Below are positions 30,440-43,335 of a stretch of DNA of 64,000 bases, one piece after another; the stretch's first letter is position 1; every line of letters begins with the position of its first letter. This DNA comes from Glycera tridactyla (Eukaryota): the NCBI GenBank assembly GCA_965644265.1, contig OZ286459.1:140554001-140618000 (forward strand), read 5' to 3'. The notes under the pieces were generated by a model. It was not told the DNA's origin, did no database searches, and was given only the letters and a program-made list of their open reading frames with translations. The position numbers were made by a program, and so were the translations under genes.

Positions 30440-30831
30440 ATAGCTCATCCGTGGGTGGAGATAGACTGAAGTCTGTCAAGCTTAATCGTGGCGGGTACGT
30501 TTTTTGCCCTAGCATCGCGAATTCACGTCGGATTGAAATGAGACTCATACACAAAAATTGTTGACGTCTCCGACGACTAGAAATGTGTTCATGGCGAGGT
30601 ACACTTGTATATTTTACTCTAGAACGCCAAATATGTCGATTTCACGCTGGTTTCGCGGCAGGTGCGGCGGCCGTATCTCCATTGTTTCACATAGGGAAGA
30701 CCGGACGATAATGCCGGCGAATTCGTCGTAAAAATACAATGAAATGATGGCGTAATCCTCTTTAAAACTATACTGGATACCCGAAACCGAAGTTAGCGTC
30801 TGAAACGTACCCGCCACATTTGGATTTGACA
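30440..30831 (-). repeat. Dispersed non-coding repeat family, copy 1 (related to 51706-52000)
   Basis: Reverse complement of 30810-30831 (TGTCAAATCCAAATGTGGCGGG) is identical to 51706-51727. A second ~45-nt block (tttcaat.cgacgt.aattcgcgatgctagggc.aaaaacgtacc) is also shared, in the same order. Confidence 0.8.
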
Positions 30832-31269
30832 GACTTTAGCAGGTGATTCACTCAGTCTCGTGATCAGGGCCTAATCTCAACGTCACGCCTCCAGCATTCT
30901 GTGTCCTGCAACTAGTTCCCAGGGAACGTCCATTTCCAAAGCAAACATGGGCCTCTTCCTTGTTCAGATTGTATTTCTGGCCTCACTTAATATTGATGTG
31001 AGTGGTGTCAAATGGTCTCTTTTTACATGAACCCGGATGATGACCCACAGGCACCCGATCAATCTGGAGACGTGTGCATCATTTGTATGACGAAGAAAAA
31101 TAAAGTTTATCGAATCAAATCAAATCAAAATGAGAGTGGCTATTTCGAAGAATCGTTTTCTGTATAGCAACATGACCTGATGATTCAAAGTCATCCATGG
31201 ATTTTTAATTCGAAGTTGTGATTTTTTTCTGAGTTACAGTCAGAAATATTGATTGGGTGTGAATTCAAT

Positions 31270-31870
31270 GAGACCCAGATGAAGGTGTCTTTAATAATCC
31301 TAACCATCCCCTGTGCTTGGGCGTCATGATCTGGTGGTGAGTGGACTTGAACAGCCGACCAACACCTGCCGAGTTGTGAGACCTTACCTAAAGTCAACCA
31401 TTTCATCTGTAGTTGAAAAAGGTATCAGTTAAAGTTGCTTGGATGAGGCTAGTCTGGGCTTTCTGGTGGGACGTGTTGAGCACAAGCTTGGTATAACGAA
31501 TAGAGTAGGGGGTCGACCAGGCTAGATCCCCTACAAATGGCTAGGATTTCCAGCCAGGCAACATCATGAATATATTTATGAAATGCGGCATAGCCCAAGC
31601 TCCGATGCCCATTTATCATTTACTGGTGTAATTTCAGTCGCAAATAAATAGTCTGGCTGACAACACTGCATGCTGGGAAGAGTTGATAGAGATAATAGTG
31701 ATGGATTCCTCCACATAACTTGCTAAGGTCAGTCAGTACTCAATCAGCAACTCATCAGATGCTATCATAGGTAATGAATGACTCCAGCAGTAGATCAGTG
31801 AAGGAGCATCCACCAACCAGAGATGAATATTCCCATCAGTTTGTTATCTGGTTTGAATCGCATGCTGTGG
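31270..31870 (-). mobile_element. Possible degenerate L2-type LINE endonuclease/linker remnant
   Basis: Scattered minus-strand peptides FTDLLLESF, QHVPPESP and KWLTLGKVSQLGRCW loosely resemble the L2 endonuclease-to-RT linker; heavily decayed. Confidence 0.25.
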
Positions 31871-32034
31871 GGATACTTATTAGTACCTAGAGAGGTTTCT
31901 CGGGCATTTGGTCAAATCTTTGGAGTGTTGGTACAAAACCCCTGAAGCAGGGATAGAAAATTGGAATGAACCATCTCATGAAAGCCAAGCGAATATTTAC
32001 CTGATTACGGCGATGACGAAGACGACGACGGTGA

Positions 32035-32050
32035 CGATGATGATGATGAC

Positions 32051-32113
<63 letters not shown>
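32035..32113. repeat. (GAT)n microsatellite followed by (GTT)n and (GT)n-rich tracts
   Basis: Directly visible. Confidence 0.9.
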
Positions 32114-32600
32114 CGTCCGACTGCAGTATTTGTGGGTATTTATGAGTGAAAGTTTATTTGCATGTTTGTTGTTGTTGTTGTTGTTGTTGTGTGTGTTTGT
32201 GTGTGTATGTGTGTGCATATGTGTATGTGTATTTGTGAGTAGGTGTGTGAGTATGTGCGTGTGTATGTGTGTATATGTGTATGTTTGTTGTGTCTGCGTG
32301 TGTGCATATGCTTGCAATATTGTGCATGAATTCTCCAGTGCAATCGTCTCTCTTTCGGACAAAGTGGACACGACTATCAGCTGACTGACGATCCTATTTG
32401 TCTTCATAACGGAGGGAGGGACAGTGTCTTGCCCAAACCACTTTGGAGAAATATATGGCCTTTAGATGGCAATAAGAGAGGCAAACTACCTCTCACAACG
32501 AATAAGCCTGCATGCCGTCTAATAATCGACAACTGACCATCAATAGGAATTTATCGACTTAGACTGGTGGTACATTAGTAGCACGCACCCGAATGGATCG

Positions 32601-33123
32601 TCTCACATAGAGGGCGGGGCATAAACTGAATGACTACCAGCCCTGACCATAGTCTCACATAGAGGGCGGGGCATATACTGAATGACTACCAGCCCTGGCC
32701 ATAGTCTCACATAGAGGGCGGGGCATATACTGAATGACTACCAGCCCTGGCCATAGTCTCACATAGAGGGCGGGGCATAAACTGAATGACTACCAGCCCT
32801 GGCCATAGTCTCACATAGAGGGCGGGGCATATACTGAATGACTACCAGCCCTGGCCATAGTCTCACATAGAGGGCGGGGCATATACTGAATGACTACCAG
32901 CCCTGGCCATAGTCTCACATAGAGGGCGGGGCATATACTGAATGACTACCAGCCCTGGCCATAGTCTCACATAGAGGGCGGGGCATATACTGAATGACTA
33001 CCAGCCCTGGCCATAGTCTCACATAGAGGGCGGGGCATATACTGAATGACTACCAGCCCTGGCCATAGTCTCACATAGAGGGCGGGGCATATACTGAATG
33101 ACTACCAGCCCTGGCCATAGTCT
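32601..33123. repeat. 52-bp minisatellite, 10 near-identical copies
   Basis: Unit TCTCACATAGAGGGCGGGGCATATACTGAATGACTACCAGCCCTGGCCATAG; period checked at 32651, 32703 and 32755. Only rare substitutions (ATAAACT/ATATACT, CTGACC/CTGGCC). Confidence 0.97.
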
Positions 33124-34480
33124 GAATCATACTCACAATCTCACGAGGATCGATTTTTACATTCATCCCTGGCTTTCCTGGTTGTTTTGTACGGATGGAA
33201 TTTGTGGATTCTGATTTGTGTGTGCACGTGTGAGCGCGCGAGCGCGTGTGTGTTTGTGTGTGCGTGCGTATATGTGAAGTTGTATGGGTGGTTGAAGGAA
33301 GAAGACTGAGCGTGCGTGCATGCGACATACGCCACTGCTTTTGGGCACTAATACACGTGGGCGTGATAGCTGAGGCTTCCGATGTGTCTGCTAAAAGAAA
33401 CACCTGAATAAGTGGTAGATATGCATTGAATCTCTCCGAAATCACCTCATCACAAGGACATTTCCACCTGTTTCTGCCACTATTTATAGTGATATCACTA
33501 CATGCTTTGTAGGAGTTTGATCTCCACTTGATAAGAGTGGCGCAACAAATCTGGCAATATTCGCTGAGGAATGAAGATATTGTTCTTGGATGTAGTAACT
33601 CACTATCTCCGGTATTCCAACTTCCATGGTCCACTTACTGTTTGGGGAAAACCATTTTGTGCCTTACACATTCCAGCTCTACATGGGCGTTTTGTTTCAA
33701 CCGGAGCGCGACATGACCTTCTTGGCATTAATATGTTGAATGAACCATTTTATCAAGATCAGAACTTTTTAATTTGGTTTTGAACCCAAACTGAATTTTC
33801 TTGTTGAATTGTTCTGACTGATCGATTCCATCTTAGCCCATCAGTCCTAGTGCCTTTGTTAACTATGTTTGGTTGAGAGGTCTAGTTTGGGTAGGACGCA
33901 ACCCTCTACTTGTGAATAAATTTGAACATCCGTCTTGCTTGCACGTGTGTGTTTATTCTGATGAGGGGTTATACTTGTAGCTTGCTTGTGATCACTTGTC
34001 ATAGCAAAATCACCTTAGGACAATTGTTGCAGCTCCCTGATAGTCACCGTCACCAGGCAAAGGGGTATGTGGTATATGCCTGTTTCCCTAAATCTAGTCC
34101 AACACTAGTGGAGTATCCATAACCTTGGTGTAGCTATATACTCAATGCATACAGGCAGCTCTCTTCCCACCCCTGCAGTGGTCACTCATTCACTGACTAT
34201 CTGTGGCAGCCGCTCTCTCACATTCGGGCCCAGTGTGAAAATGCTACAACTATATCATCGATAACGGCAAATCATGGATTTCTACCATTCCTCATTGAAT
34301 GACGTATATGGCAAGCATATGACGCATGCCTCATTCATGGCATCTTTCAATTCCAGTTTTCAACTACAAACCTTGCAAAGTGGCACACAAGATCTTCACA
34401 CGAAAGTATTTATCAATGTTCGATGGGTACATTCAGATTGTTCTCCGAGCTCAAATGTATTTTCTTCTGTGTGATTTCAG

Positions 34481-34900
34481 TGGCGACGGGGACCCACAAA
34501 GCGTGCACTGCTTCTAATGCCCTCAAGTTGACGGGGAATTCTGGATACCTGGCGAGTGTGGTGACGAATGAGTACGGCGCTGGGTCGGTGCATTGTCCTT
34601 GGCTCATTCGGGCTAGCGAAGGTCAGAAAATCAATCTGACCCTATACAACTTCCTGCGGCCGGCAGAGCTGGATGCAGGCAATAGGAATGTCATTAAATA
34701 TGGGGATCACCGGCGTGGCACCAACAATTGTTACGAGTTGATTGTGGTACGTGAGGCTGGTAAACAAACGCCCAAGATAGTGTGTGCTGGCAAGGACCGC
34801 GAGGAATTGTTCTATGTGTCCTCTACACATGAGGTCAATGTTCATTTCGTCAATCGTCGATACCTTGGTGTTGGAGGGCATCTGGTCATCAAGTATGAGG
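34481..34900 (+). CDS. CUB-domain exon of a type-I membrane protein (internal exon, phase 1-1)
   Basis: Acceptor ttcttctgtgtgatttcag|TG and donor GAGG|gtaaga; 420 nt. Encodes VATGTHKAC...SGYLASVVTNEYGAGSVHCPWLIRASEGQKINLTLYNF...NCYELIVVRE...VCAGKDREELFYVSSTHEVNVHF...LVIKYE, with the CUB hallmarks (G-x-[IL]-x-S, C-x-W-x-I, I-x-L-x-F). Confidence 0.88.
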
Positions 34901-34944
34901 GTAAGAAATCATCGTAGCAGCATCATCATCGGCATACTCCTCAC

Positions 34945-35500
34945 CACTACCACCACCACCACCACCACCGCCACCACCGCCACCACCACCACCACTGCCA
35001 CCACCGCAACCACCACCACNNNNNNNNNNNNNNNNNNNNNNNNNNNNNNNNNNNNNNNNNNNNNNNNNNNNNNNNNNNNNNNNNNNNNNNNNNNNNNNNN
35101 NNNNNNNNNNNNNNNNNNNNNNNNNNNNNNNNNNNNNNNNNNNNNNNNNNNNNNNNNNNNNNNNNNNNCCCCCACACACACACCACCGATGTTGCCAGCA
35201 CAACCAACACCATCACCGCCACCACCACCTCCATCGTCTTCACCACTACCTTCATCACGACCGCAACCAACATGTCCATGTCTATCACCATCAACATCAT
35301 CGAGACATATAGGGACTCTATTATCACCATCATCATCACCCTCGCCATCGAAGCCACCACCAAGACCTAAATCACCAGCACCACCACCAGCAGCACCACC
35401 ACCAGCACCACTACCATCACCAACACCACCACTACCACCACTATCACCACCACCACCACCACCACCACCACCAACACCACCAACAGCACTAACACTCCAC
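34945..35500. repeat. (ACC)n-rich low-complexity tract spanning an assembly gap
   Basis: Directly visible; source of the Pro-, Thr- and Gly-rich ORFs in the track. Confidence 0.9.
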
Positions 35501-36194
35501 ACCAGCACCGTACCTTTCTAGTCTTCTTTTCGTAGCTCGACTTCCCCTTTAACTCCACCCAATCTCCTCCTCCTCCTTCTCCTCCTCCCCTCCTCATCTC
35601 TCACGCGTCTTATGAAAAGAGATTGATCTTTCCCCCGCTCGCCCTCCCCACCCAATCCCCTTCTCCTCCAGCCCCTCCACCCCTCCTCCCTCCCCCTCCT
35701 CCTCCTCTCCTCATCTCTTATGCGTCTGATGAGGAGAGATAGATCACAGCTGATGTGTTAAGTGGCGTCAGCGAGATAACTGGAGCCGAGTTAATCCCGT
35801 AATGGATGACTCGCTAATTACCTTAATTGATTAATTTTACACTCCAGCATCTTGCCGATAGTGTGATCAGATCTTCTCTCTCTGCTCGCTTTGAATGGGC
35901 CTTTTTTCCACTGCTGCTTATCTCATGTTGGCGCAGATTGGCAGCAGATGTAGTTCACACCTCCAGTAATTGTCGATCAACACGTCATCATTACAGCCAA
36001 CTCCAGGGCCACTCATCAACTCCAATATCTCACTATTCAACGTAATCCTGGAGCGATGAGCGATAATTCTCACCACTACATACATTTCTCCTTATACAAT
36101 CTAGCTCGGTTGATGTGAGCGACCTCATCAATATTCGGAAGTTAGATTACAAAAAACTTGTGTGCAATTATTCGTATACGGACATAGGTTTGAA

Positions 36195-36340
36195 ATATTC
36201 ATAAAGGCTTCATGAAGGCTTCATAAAGGCTTCAAAAGGCTTCATAAAGGCTTCATGTATATTTATTGCCGGTAGTGTATCTGGGATACATCTTCCCTTA
36301 AAACATTGGAGTTACAAAATCACACATAAGGCACCATTCT
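36195..36340 (-). mobile_element. Retroposon 3' end with AATAAA and (GAAGCCTTTAT)n tail
   Basis: Minus strand reads caataaatatacat followed by five gaagcctt(t/c)at-like units; related copy at 1381-1500. Confidence 0.55.
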
Positions 36341-39300
36341 GGGCATAGAGGGTACAGGATTGATTGAGACGTTTGTGTGAGGGGCAAAAGTTTGATGATT
36401 CAGATGTAGGTTGAACCACAGCATATACTCGTTTATTCATGATTTGCCTGTTCACTGACCCATGCATGCCTTGAATTGCCTACATAAACTCTTAGCAAGG
36501 TGACGTCACTGTCTGATGGAGCTGTGCTCATCGGCTCACCATCTATCACACGTGCAAAGCCAAAATCTGCAGCGATTTCAATACCGACCCCGGACTAACG
36601 GCGAATCGGAGGACCGTCCAAATTCGCCAAATCCAAATGTGATGGCGCCATATCTGACCCGATTATTGTTTTATTGACACGACTTGATTGTATAGGTCCT
36701 CCGGGAATTATCGAAGCTGTCTCACGTAGCCTAGAGGATTTTGACGAGGGTTCGCCTTGATTCCATTGAAATTGTATGTGGCCTCTGCTGACAACATCGG
36801 CCGATTTTCCCACTTGAATCCACAGGCTTTGGTTTGAAGAAAGAACTGGAATATTTGACGCGCTTGGGTCGATTAAATGAGTGGAACTCGCCATGAGCAC
36901 ATATCCAGTCAACCAGACCTCGATCGCCGAAACTACCCGTCAAATTTGGACTTGACTGACTTTACATTTGCCAGTACTTCTACTTGATGGTGTGGCGTTG
37001 TAATTTGGCTGAGAATGCTTACAACCGGCTCTAACTACATCGTGTTTGCCAAAACGCCGCCATAAATTCGACTCACAGGCACCTTGCCCGTAACACATAC
37101 TCTAAAACTAATCTCACATCCGCTGTATAGAATGCGATTCCATCGACCAGTGTTCAATCTTCTTTTTTGAATGAATGGGTTTATTTTTTGCTGGCACTGG
37201 TTCATTTCCAGAATGTGAATACTGAGTTGATTGAACTTTATCAACAAGATTGTTCTCTTTAGTCCGTCTTAGTCGTTATTGACAAATCAGAAAGTCTCGT
37301 TATCAGCTATAATAGCACGATTTTTGACTCGAGTATAGATCTCACCAGCCATTCATCGAGTTGCGTATTGGCTGGAGTGACACCTAGTGTCAGCGGCTGA
37401 ATCAGCTGATTCTTCACTAGGTATAGCTCGAGTTTATGGGTATGTGATGGCCTTTTTCTACTTCATTAGTCACATTCGATGAAAAGCATGCCTTATAAAT
37501 TTCAATGAATAACACCGATTGCTTCAATAAATCACACCGATTGCCAAAAAGCACTTGGAATTGTATCTCACATTCACAGAGATTCCTATGAGAGTAGTTT
37601 TGAAATATTCTATTTGAACTCTTACAATTGAGGGTACAACAGATCATATGTCCCCAGTTGAGTACAAACACTTAACTACGATAACGACATAGGAAAACAA
37701 TACCAACAGAGCAGAGTAGTAAAAAAGTACATCATAATACAGCAATGGCGTAAATGTAGACAGAGGGGCAAGACAGGAAGATGGAGTCATCTATGAAGTA
37801 TTGATTGTGTGGGAAGGTACAGGTAGAGAAATGAGAGGAGTATGTGGGGAGTAGACGTTGTACAAATTCAAAGAAAGGAGATCAAATGGACAGGTTTTTG
37901 CTTTTGACTACATCTACAATAAAAGAGTGCAAAAGTAATTGGAATAAGAAGTTGGGGTCACCTAACTACTGCAAGTACGACCTTGTGTCAATTTAGGGAA
38001 ATACTCTGATGGAAATATTTGGAACTGAATTTTATTGTCCCCTACTGCCAAGACATATTACTGAAGCCACGCGGAAATCACGCTAACCTCTCGTTCTGAT
38101 GTCTCTTCCTCGCTAGATGATCCACTACGTGAGAGCACAGTACCATCAAGGATTATCGAATAACATCGTCCAGTCAATCTGCGTCGCTGGAACTCTATCT
38201 TATTGTGATACAACAACCATGGTCACGAGCTTACATGCCATACATGAATGATATCAGAAATTGAGAATACTTCTTCCAGAGAAACATTTCCTGATCCTGA
38301 GATGTTGTACATGATTTCCACTAACATCCAATACGATGAGAATATCCTATTCTGCAGAAAGAACTTGGGTGGTAATATCACATGCTTTCGCAATAACTGT
38401 AAAAAACACTATCAAGGGAACAACAATCAGTATATGCAAATAAAGAAGCAGGTGTCAGATGTTAGTATTATCAGTGATGTTGACAAGAAGTGAGAGGGGA
38501 AGGCTGGACGCTGGGGTGAAGAGGGCATACATTAGGGCTTGAATTTGCCTCCTCAACCTTCGGCTTCTTGAAATTCTATGCTAAATCATCGCCGTGGTGT
38601 ACCAAATATTCATGCGTTTCAAGCACGGCGTATGATTCTAGCCTTGTCACAAAGCAAAAGAGACCACTCTCAGTGGCACAAAGAACTATAATTGGTTTTC
38701 ATACTTTCATTTCACACCCTACCAAGCAAGAGATGAGGGTGTTAGGGGGCGTATAAATAATCTACAGTCGACGATGCCTATTATGTGGAGATGAAAACAC
38801 AGAGGCTGGAATCTGCATGTTCATTCCATGGTTTGACCTCCTCCAGCAGCCAACAACGTGGAGTGATCGCCAAAATTTCAGAATGCACACAAGTCCATAT
38901 CTCTTGCCTACTCAACTGCTTTCAGGATTTTCTCGTTGAATACGCATTTCCACATTCATTTCCATATCACATTCATCTTGGACTGGACAGCGAAAGGTTC
39001 GAGAGAGGGGGGGGGGGGGGGGGGTGGGCTTTATCCAACGTTGGCATGGCGATCTAAGTAAAGATGGCGACTCTGGCTGCACCTCTCGCACCGAATCCGG
39101 CCTGGATTATCCTCCTTCTCATGTAGAAATCTCTAAATCGCCATGGAAACCACTTATCCCCAGCTCAGGGGGGCTTATGCTGGTCAGTGATAGCTGAGAA
39201 AAACTGTGTGTGCGTGTCTGTGTGTGGGGGGGGGGGGGACCATTTGGCTCAGTATCACATCTATCTTATTCAAAAGTTTGATGGAATTATTGACCGGATG

Positions 39301-39930
39301 CTGCATGGATGCAACCTCACATGCAAAGTTCCAGCTTCAGTAACTGATGCAGCTCTAATCGTATACAAACGCCATTAGAATATATGGCCACACTTTCGAT
39401 TTCAGCTCAATCTCATTTAACCACGTCATTATGATATTGACTACGCCTAATAACTTCTCACTAAATATTCATTTGCTTCATCTGAAAAAAATGCAGATAG
39501 GTCGGATGTTATAGCTATAATGGCCTATTCATAGGCGGCGGTACGTAGATAATGCAATAGTGGGAGCGGAATATGCTCCTTACATCACCTCAGATTGACA
39601 AGGGCCATTGAAGCGACTCTTTCTTCACTTTCTTCTCGATGCAATTCTCGATGCAATTCTCTCTATAGGAGAGACATTCTAGCAGAAAGAACTGAAGTTG
39701 TATAGTGGTAGAATTGGTTCGAATCAATCCCTGTGATTGTGTGTGCCATTTGATCCCGGATCTCTGACCACTTGCTGCTCTGTCCCTTACGGGCACCACT
39801 CTCACGAACCATGAACAAAAGATGACTGGGGAGGGGTACAGGCGTTGTTCAGTTAAGGCACTACAGTCCGAATACGCCTCTCTCTAGAAGATGCTATAAA
39901 ATCTAGATTATTATCTGGCACTGGCAATCA

Positions 39931-40066
39931 CCAACCAAAACCATGGTAGACACCCTGAAGGAGGACACGGGTGTGGCAAACGCTAGTGAACTGAGGACCC
40001 TGATGCAGGATCGAGTTGAGTGGAGAGTCCGCTGTCATGCCCGACAGAAGTCGATGGAGTGAGTGA
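39931..40066 (+). mobile_element. RTE-clade LINE extreme 3' fragment (intronic)
   Basis: PTKTMVDTLKEDTGVANASELRTLMQDRVEWRVRCHARQKSME* matches the RTE ORF C-terminus (L..LM.DR..WR); short GAGT repeat at the end. Confidence 0.7.
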
Positions 40067-40320
40067 TCGTCAATAGTGAAATGGATGGATGTATAGGTAG
40101 GTGGTGGTGATGCGATGGCGTTGGTGTTGAAGCTTTTCGGGGAGGCTGATGTTACAATTGAAGGAGCCTATGCTGCTGATGAGTGTAATTTCCCTAAAGA
40201 TGATAGAACACAAAACTCAGGGTCAGTGGATATTGAAGTCTACAACTGAAACAATCCGAACGACATTTGATGTATCTGAAGTGTATTCGAGATCATTGGT
40301 GTTCGTGATGTTGATTGCAG

Positions 40321-40476
40321 CTTCCGGTTGTCCCAAGTTACGTACGATGGAGAATGCGTGGGTAACGAATGAGGCGGATGGTACAGTCAGTGTGAAATGT
40401 AACCACACGGATGAGACGTGGTATCTGACGTGTAAAGGCAACGGCTGGGTCGGCCATATCGGCAACTGTACAAAGG
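40321..40476 (+). CDS. Sushi/CCP-like four-cysteine domain exon (phase 1-1)
   Basis: Acceptor ttgattgcag|CT and donor AAGG|gtgagt; 156 nt, in frame with the CUB exon. Encodes ASGCPKLRTMENAWVTNEADGTVSVKCNHTDETWYLTCKGNGWVGHIGNCTK. Confidence 0.85.
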
Positions 40477-41213
40477 GTGAGTAGCACAGTCATAACTCCC
40501 GATCTCTTGACATGATCTGACACCAAACTGTATCGGTATAGTGACCCCCCCAAAAATTAAAAATATAAGGCCATAAAAACAACAGCAATAACAACAGAAC
40601 TCATTACCTTCATGCTGTCAACCATCTTAGGTATTCCAGACTTTAATGAGAGTTTCTAATTGATATGTTTTCTGAAAACGATGCCGGATTTTGGTAGGAT
40701 CTTCGCCATTTTGAGGACATGTGTTTCCAAATCATAAGTAGAACACTGCGTCGTATTTAGACTTTCCCTATCGAGCCTTATCCATATCATGAACTCAAAA
40801 GTACAAAGCATTTGCTTCATGTGGCGCCAGCACTCAGTAGTTGGTGTCATGCTTCGCCAAACCAGAAGCTGTGATTATTTATAGCTGAATGAAAGAATAG
40901 GGAGTTTAGTGAAGTTTGGTGCATGGAGTCGTTGGTCGAGTGGTTATGACACCGATCTCTCTATTTTATTGGGAACAATTCCATTAAATTATTGCATAGA
41001 CCACACATACTAATAGCCTTCAAATGAGTACTGGGGCAATAAATCGTTCTCATTGATAAATGACTTTGTTGAACAAATTAAAATGCCAAGAATATAAAGG
41101 CATTTATTTGTCATATAGCACCTATAGTCAATATTTAAACCTATGCTCAGCAAGAATCCACCATTTCACAGTCAAATGATTGTTTCTCACACTAACTCAT
41201 CTTTCTGTTCCAG

Positions 41214-41267
41214 CTTACGTTTGGGGGCTAGGTAATTTCTTCGTCCAAGGCCGCCAGTTCCCGTTTG
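41214..41267 (+). CDS. 54-nt juxtamembrane linker exon (phase 1-1)
   Basis: Strong acceptor catctttctgttccag|CT and donor TTTG|gtaaat. Encodes AYVWGLGNFFVQGRQFPF and joins in frame to give ...QFPF-GILMVIG... Confidence 0.72.
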
Positions 41268-42424
41268 GTAAATTATCCATTCTTGAGCGCACACACCTGA
41301 TCCAACCTTCCTTCCTCCCTTATCCCTTCCGCTGTTGTCTCGCTGTCTATATTTCTAATTCTCAGTAGGTATCTCTGTAGTTACGTCTGACACCAAGAAG
41401 CGCCGTAGCTCAGCAAACAGTGAAACAGTAGAAAATATTCATTTTGCGAAAGAGCATTGGCCACTAGGGGTCATATTACTAGCTCCTGCAACAGTACGTT
41501 CATGCAAAAGTAATCAAAATAATGTGAGCACAAAGACATCATATGACACAGAGAAAAAAAGAACAAAATAATGCTCCGACGGTCGAAAAGTCATTATGTC
41601 AACAGACAGCAATGCTATGTAAAAGATAAGGTAAGAAGTCATAAAACTTCTGTCTGTCATGTGTGACACAAGGGAAAGCGTGTCACTCATCTGCGCTAAG
41701 CATTTATAGAACGGATAAAAACATCTTTCTTCTGTATATCTAAATATTAGTTCATCATGATTTTGGGACTCGAGGCCTCCAACGTGGCCAAAGCCGAGTA
41801 AGAGCTCGACTGTTCTCTGTGCTGGTCACCCATCTACGAAGGAAATGTCAGAATATTCAGTCACAGTATCATAATACCCTATTTTTTCGGTCCCGAAGGT
41901 GACTTTCCCGTGCAAGCAGTAGGACAGTTTGCAGAAAGGTGTGTGTGTATTTCATGAGCAAAGTGCATTCCATGAGCACTGTGCGAGCTCGTACCCGAAT
42001 TATCCTCGTATCCTCTTCCTTATTTTCTTCACAACCTGTATAAACATCGACTATGGCATTGTCTTCCATCGTCAACCTCAGCTGGAAGCATGTAGGGATA
42101 TTCGTATGTATCTCTTTCTTTCTCGCTCAAATGCTGCTCATGCCAGTACCACGGGAGCATATAGTCAGTGCAAATTTCCCTTCGCTTTTCTTCTCCCTTC
42201 TTGTCTCTTGCACTATTTTTCTGTACATAACAATGATGATAAAAGTCGGAAAAAATGTCAATAATGATGAATATGAGAACAATTATCATACTGATAATAA
42301 TTTTCATAACAATGTCAATTATGATCATATTACCAATGAAGATAATAATGGTGGCAATTTATGATAATGACAATGATATCAATGATGATAACGATATTGG
42401 TGATGGTGAATATTGTAGTAATGA

Positions 42425-42830
42425 TAAGACAGACAGACAGAAAGACAGACAGACATACAGACAGACAGACAGACAGACAGACAGATGGCCAGACAACAGA
42501 CAAAAAGATAGTCAGATAGACGGACAAACAAACAGACAGACAGACAAACAGATAACATACATACACACAGATGAGTGGGTAATAGAACGGACCGACAAAA
42601 AGGCGGACTGACGAACAGACTGACTGTAATGCAGAATGAATGAATGAGGTAGTTTCTATAGGTGATTCTAGGGACGGGCAGACGGACAGACAGACAGACC
42701 GATGGACAGACAGGCAAGGACGCAGGCAGACAGACAGAAGGATGGATTGATGGACCGACTTACAGACAGGTGGACGGCCAGACGTACAGACAGACAGACG
42801 GATAGACAAAGAAAGATAGTCCGACAGACA
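42425..42830. repeat. (CAGA)n / (GACAGA)-type degenerate tetranucleotide tract
   Basis: Directly visible; related (TCTG)n tracts lie at 13130-13283 and 43450-43690. Confidence 0.85.
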
Positions 42831-43247
42831 GAGAATGAATGAATGAAGGTGATATATAAACGTGATTCGCGGATAATTCCACGCGCTGGTGACGTTGGAA
42901 TGAAAATTTAATTATCCCAAAATGCTCGAAGAAGGTTCAGCCATATCTTTGAGTGGCACCATGCATGCCACAGGTGCATCTTCATTAGGCGTCGGACAGA
43001 GAGCTGTATTAGTGTACATTGTTTTACATAGTGTTTGTTTAGGCCCAAGTGTGTTCTTTCACATCCAACTTCTCTCACAAATACACGCTGTACTTCACCA
43101 ATAGATTCAAAAGAGACCTAGAATGCGTGGAGTATGACTCATGAACTGTCCCTAGAGACAAGCCTATGAGAGCGTATCTTCAGTGACAGGTGATCATGTA
43201 GTTGATTAGAGAGCCGGGAAACTATGACGAGGCGGGGCTTGTTGCAG

Positions 43248-43335
43248 GTATATTGATGGTGATTGGTATTGGGGTGGTTCTCGGTGTTCTGGTCGGTAGT
43301 GTGCTACTCTCCTGCGTCATGCTCTACACAAAACG
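43248..43335 (+). CDS. Transmembrane exon (phase 1-2)
   Basis: Acceptor cttgttgcag|GT and donor AAACG|gtatgt. Encodes GILMVIGIGVVLGVLVGSVLLSCVMLYTKR: a hydrophobic helix ending in a basic stop-transfer. Confidence 0.85.

Noticed and set aside
16401-33123. The 57-bp and 52-bp arrays as CRISPR arrays
   Set aside because: Units are contiguous with no unique spacers, there are no cas genes, and the context is eukaryotic.
36590-37250. Coding-like, Cys-containing minus-strand peptides in the intron after the CUB exon
   Set aside because: Fragmented across frames with stops and no identifiable family; probably a decayed TE.
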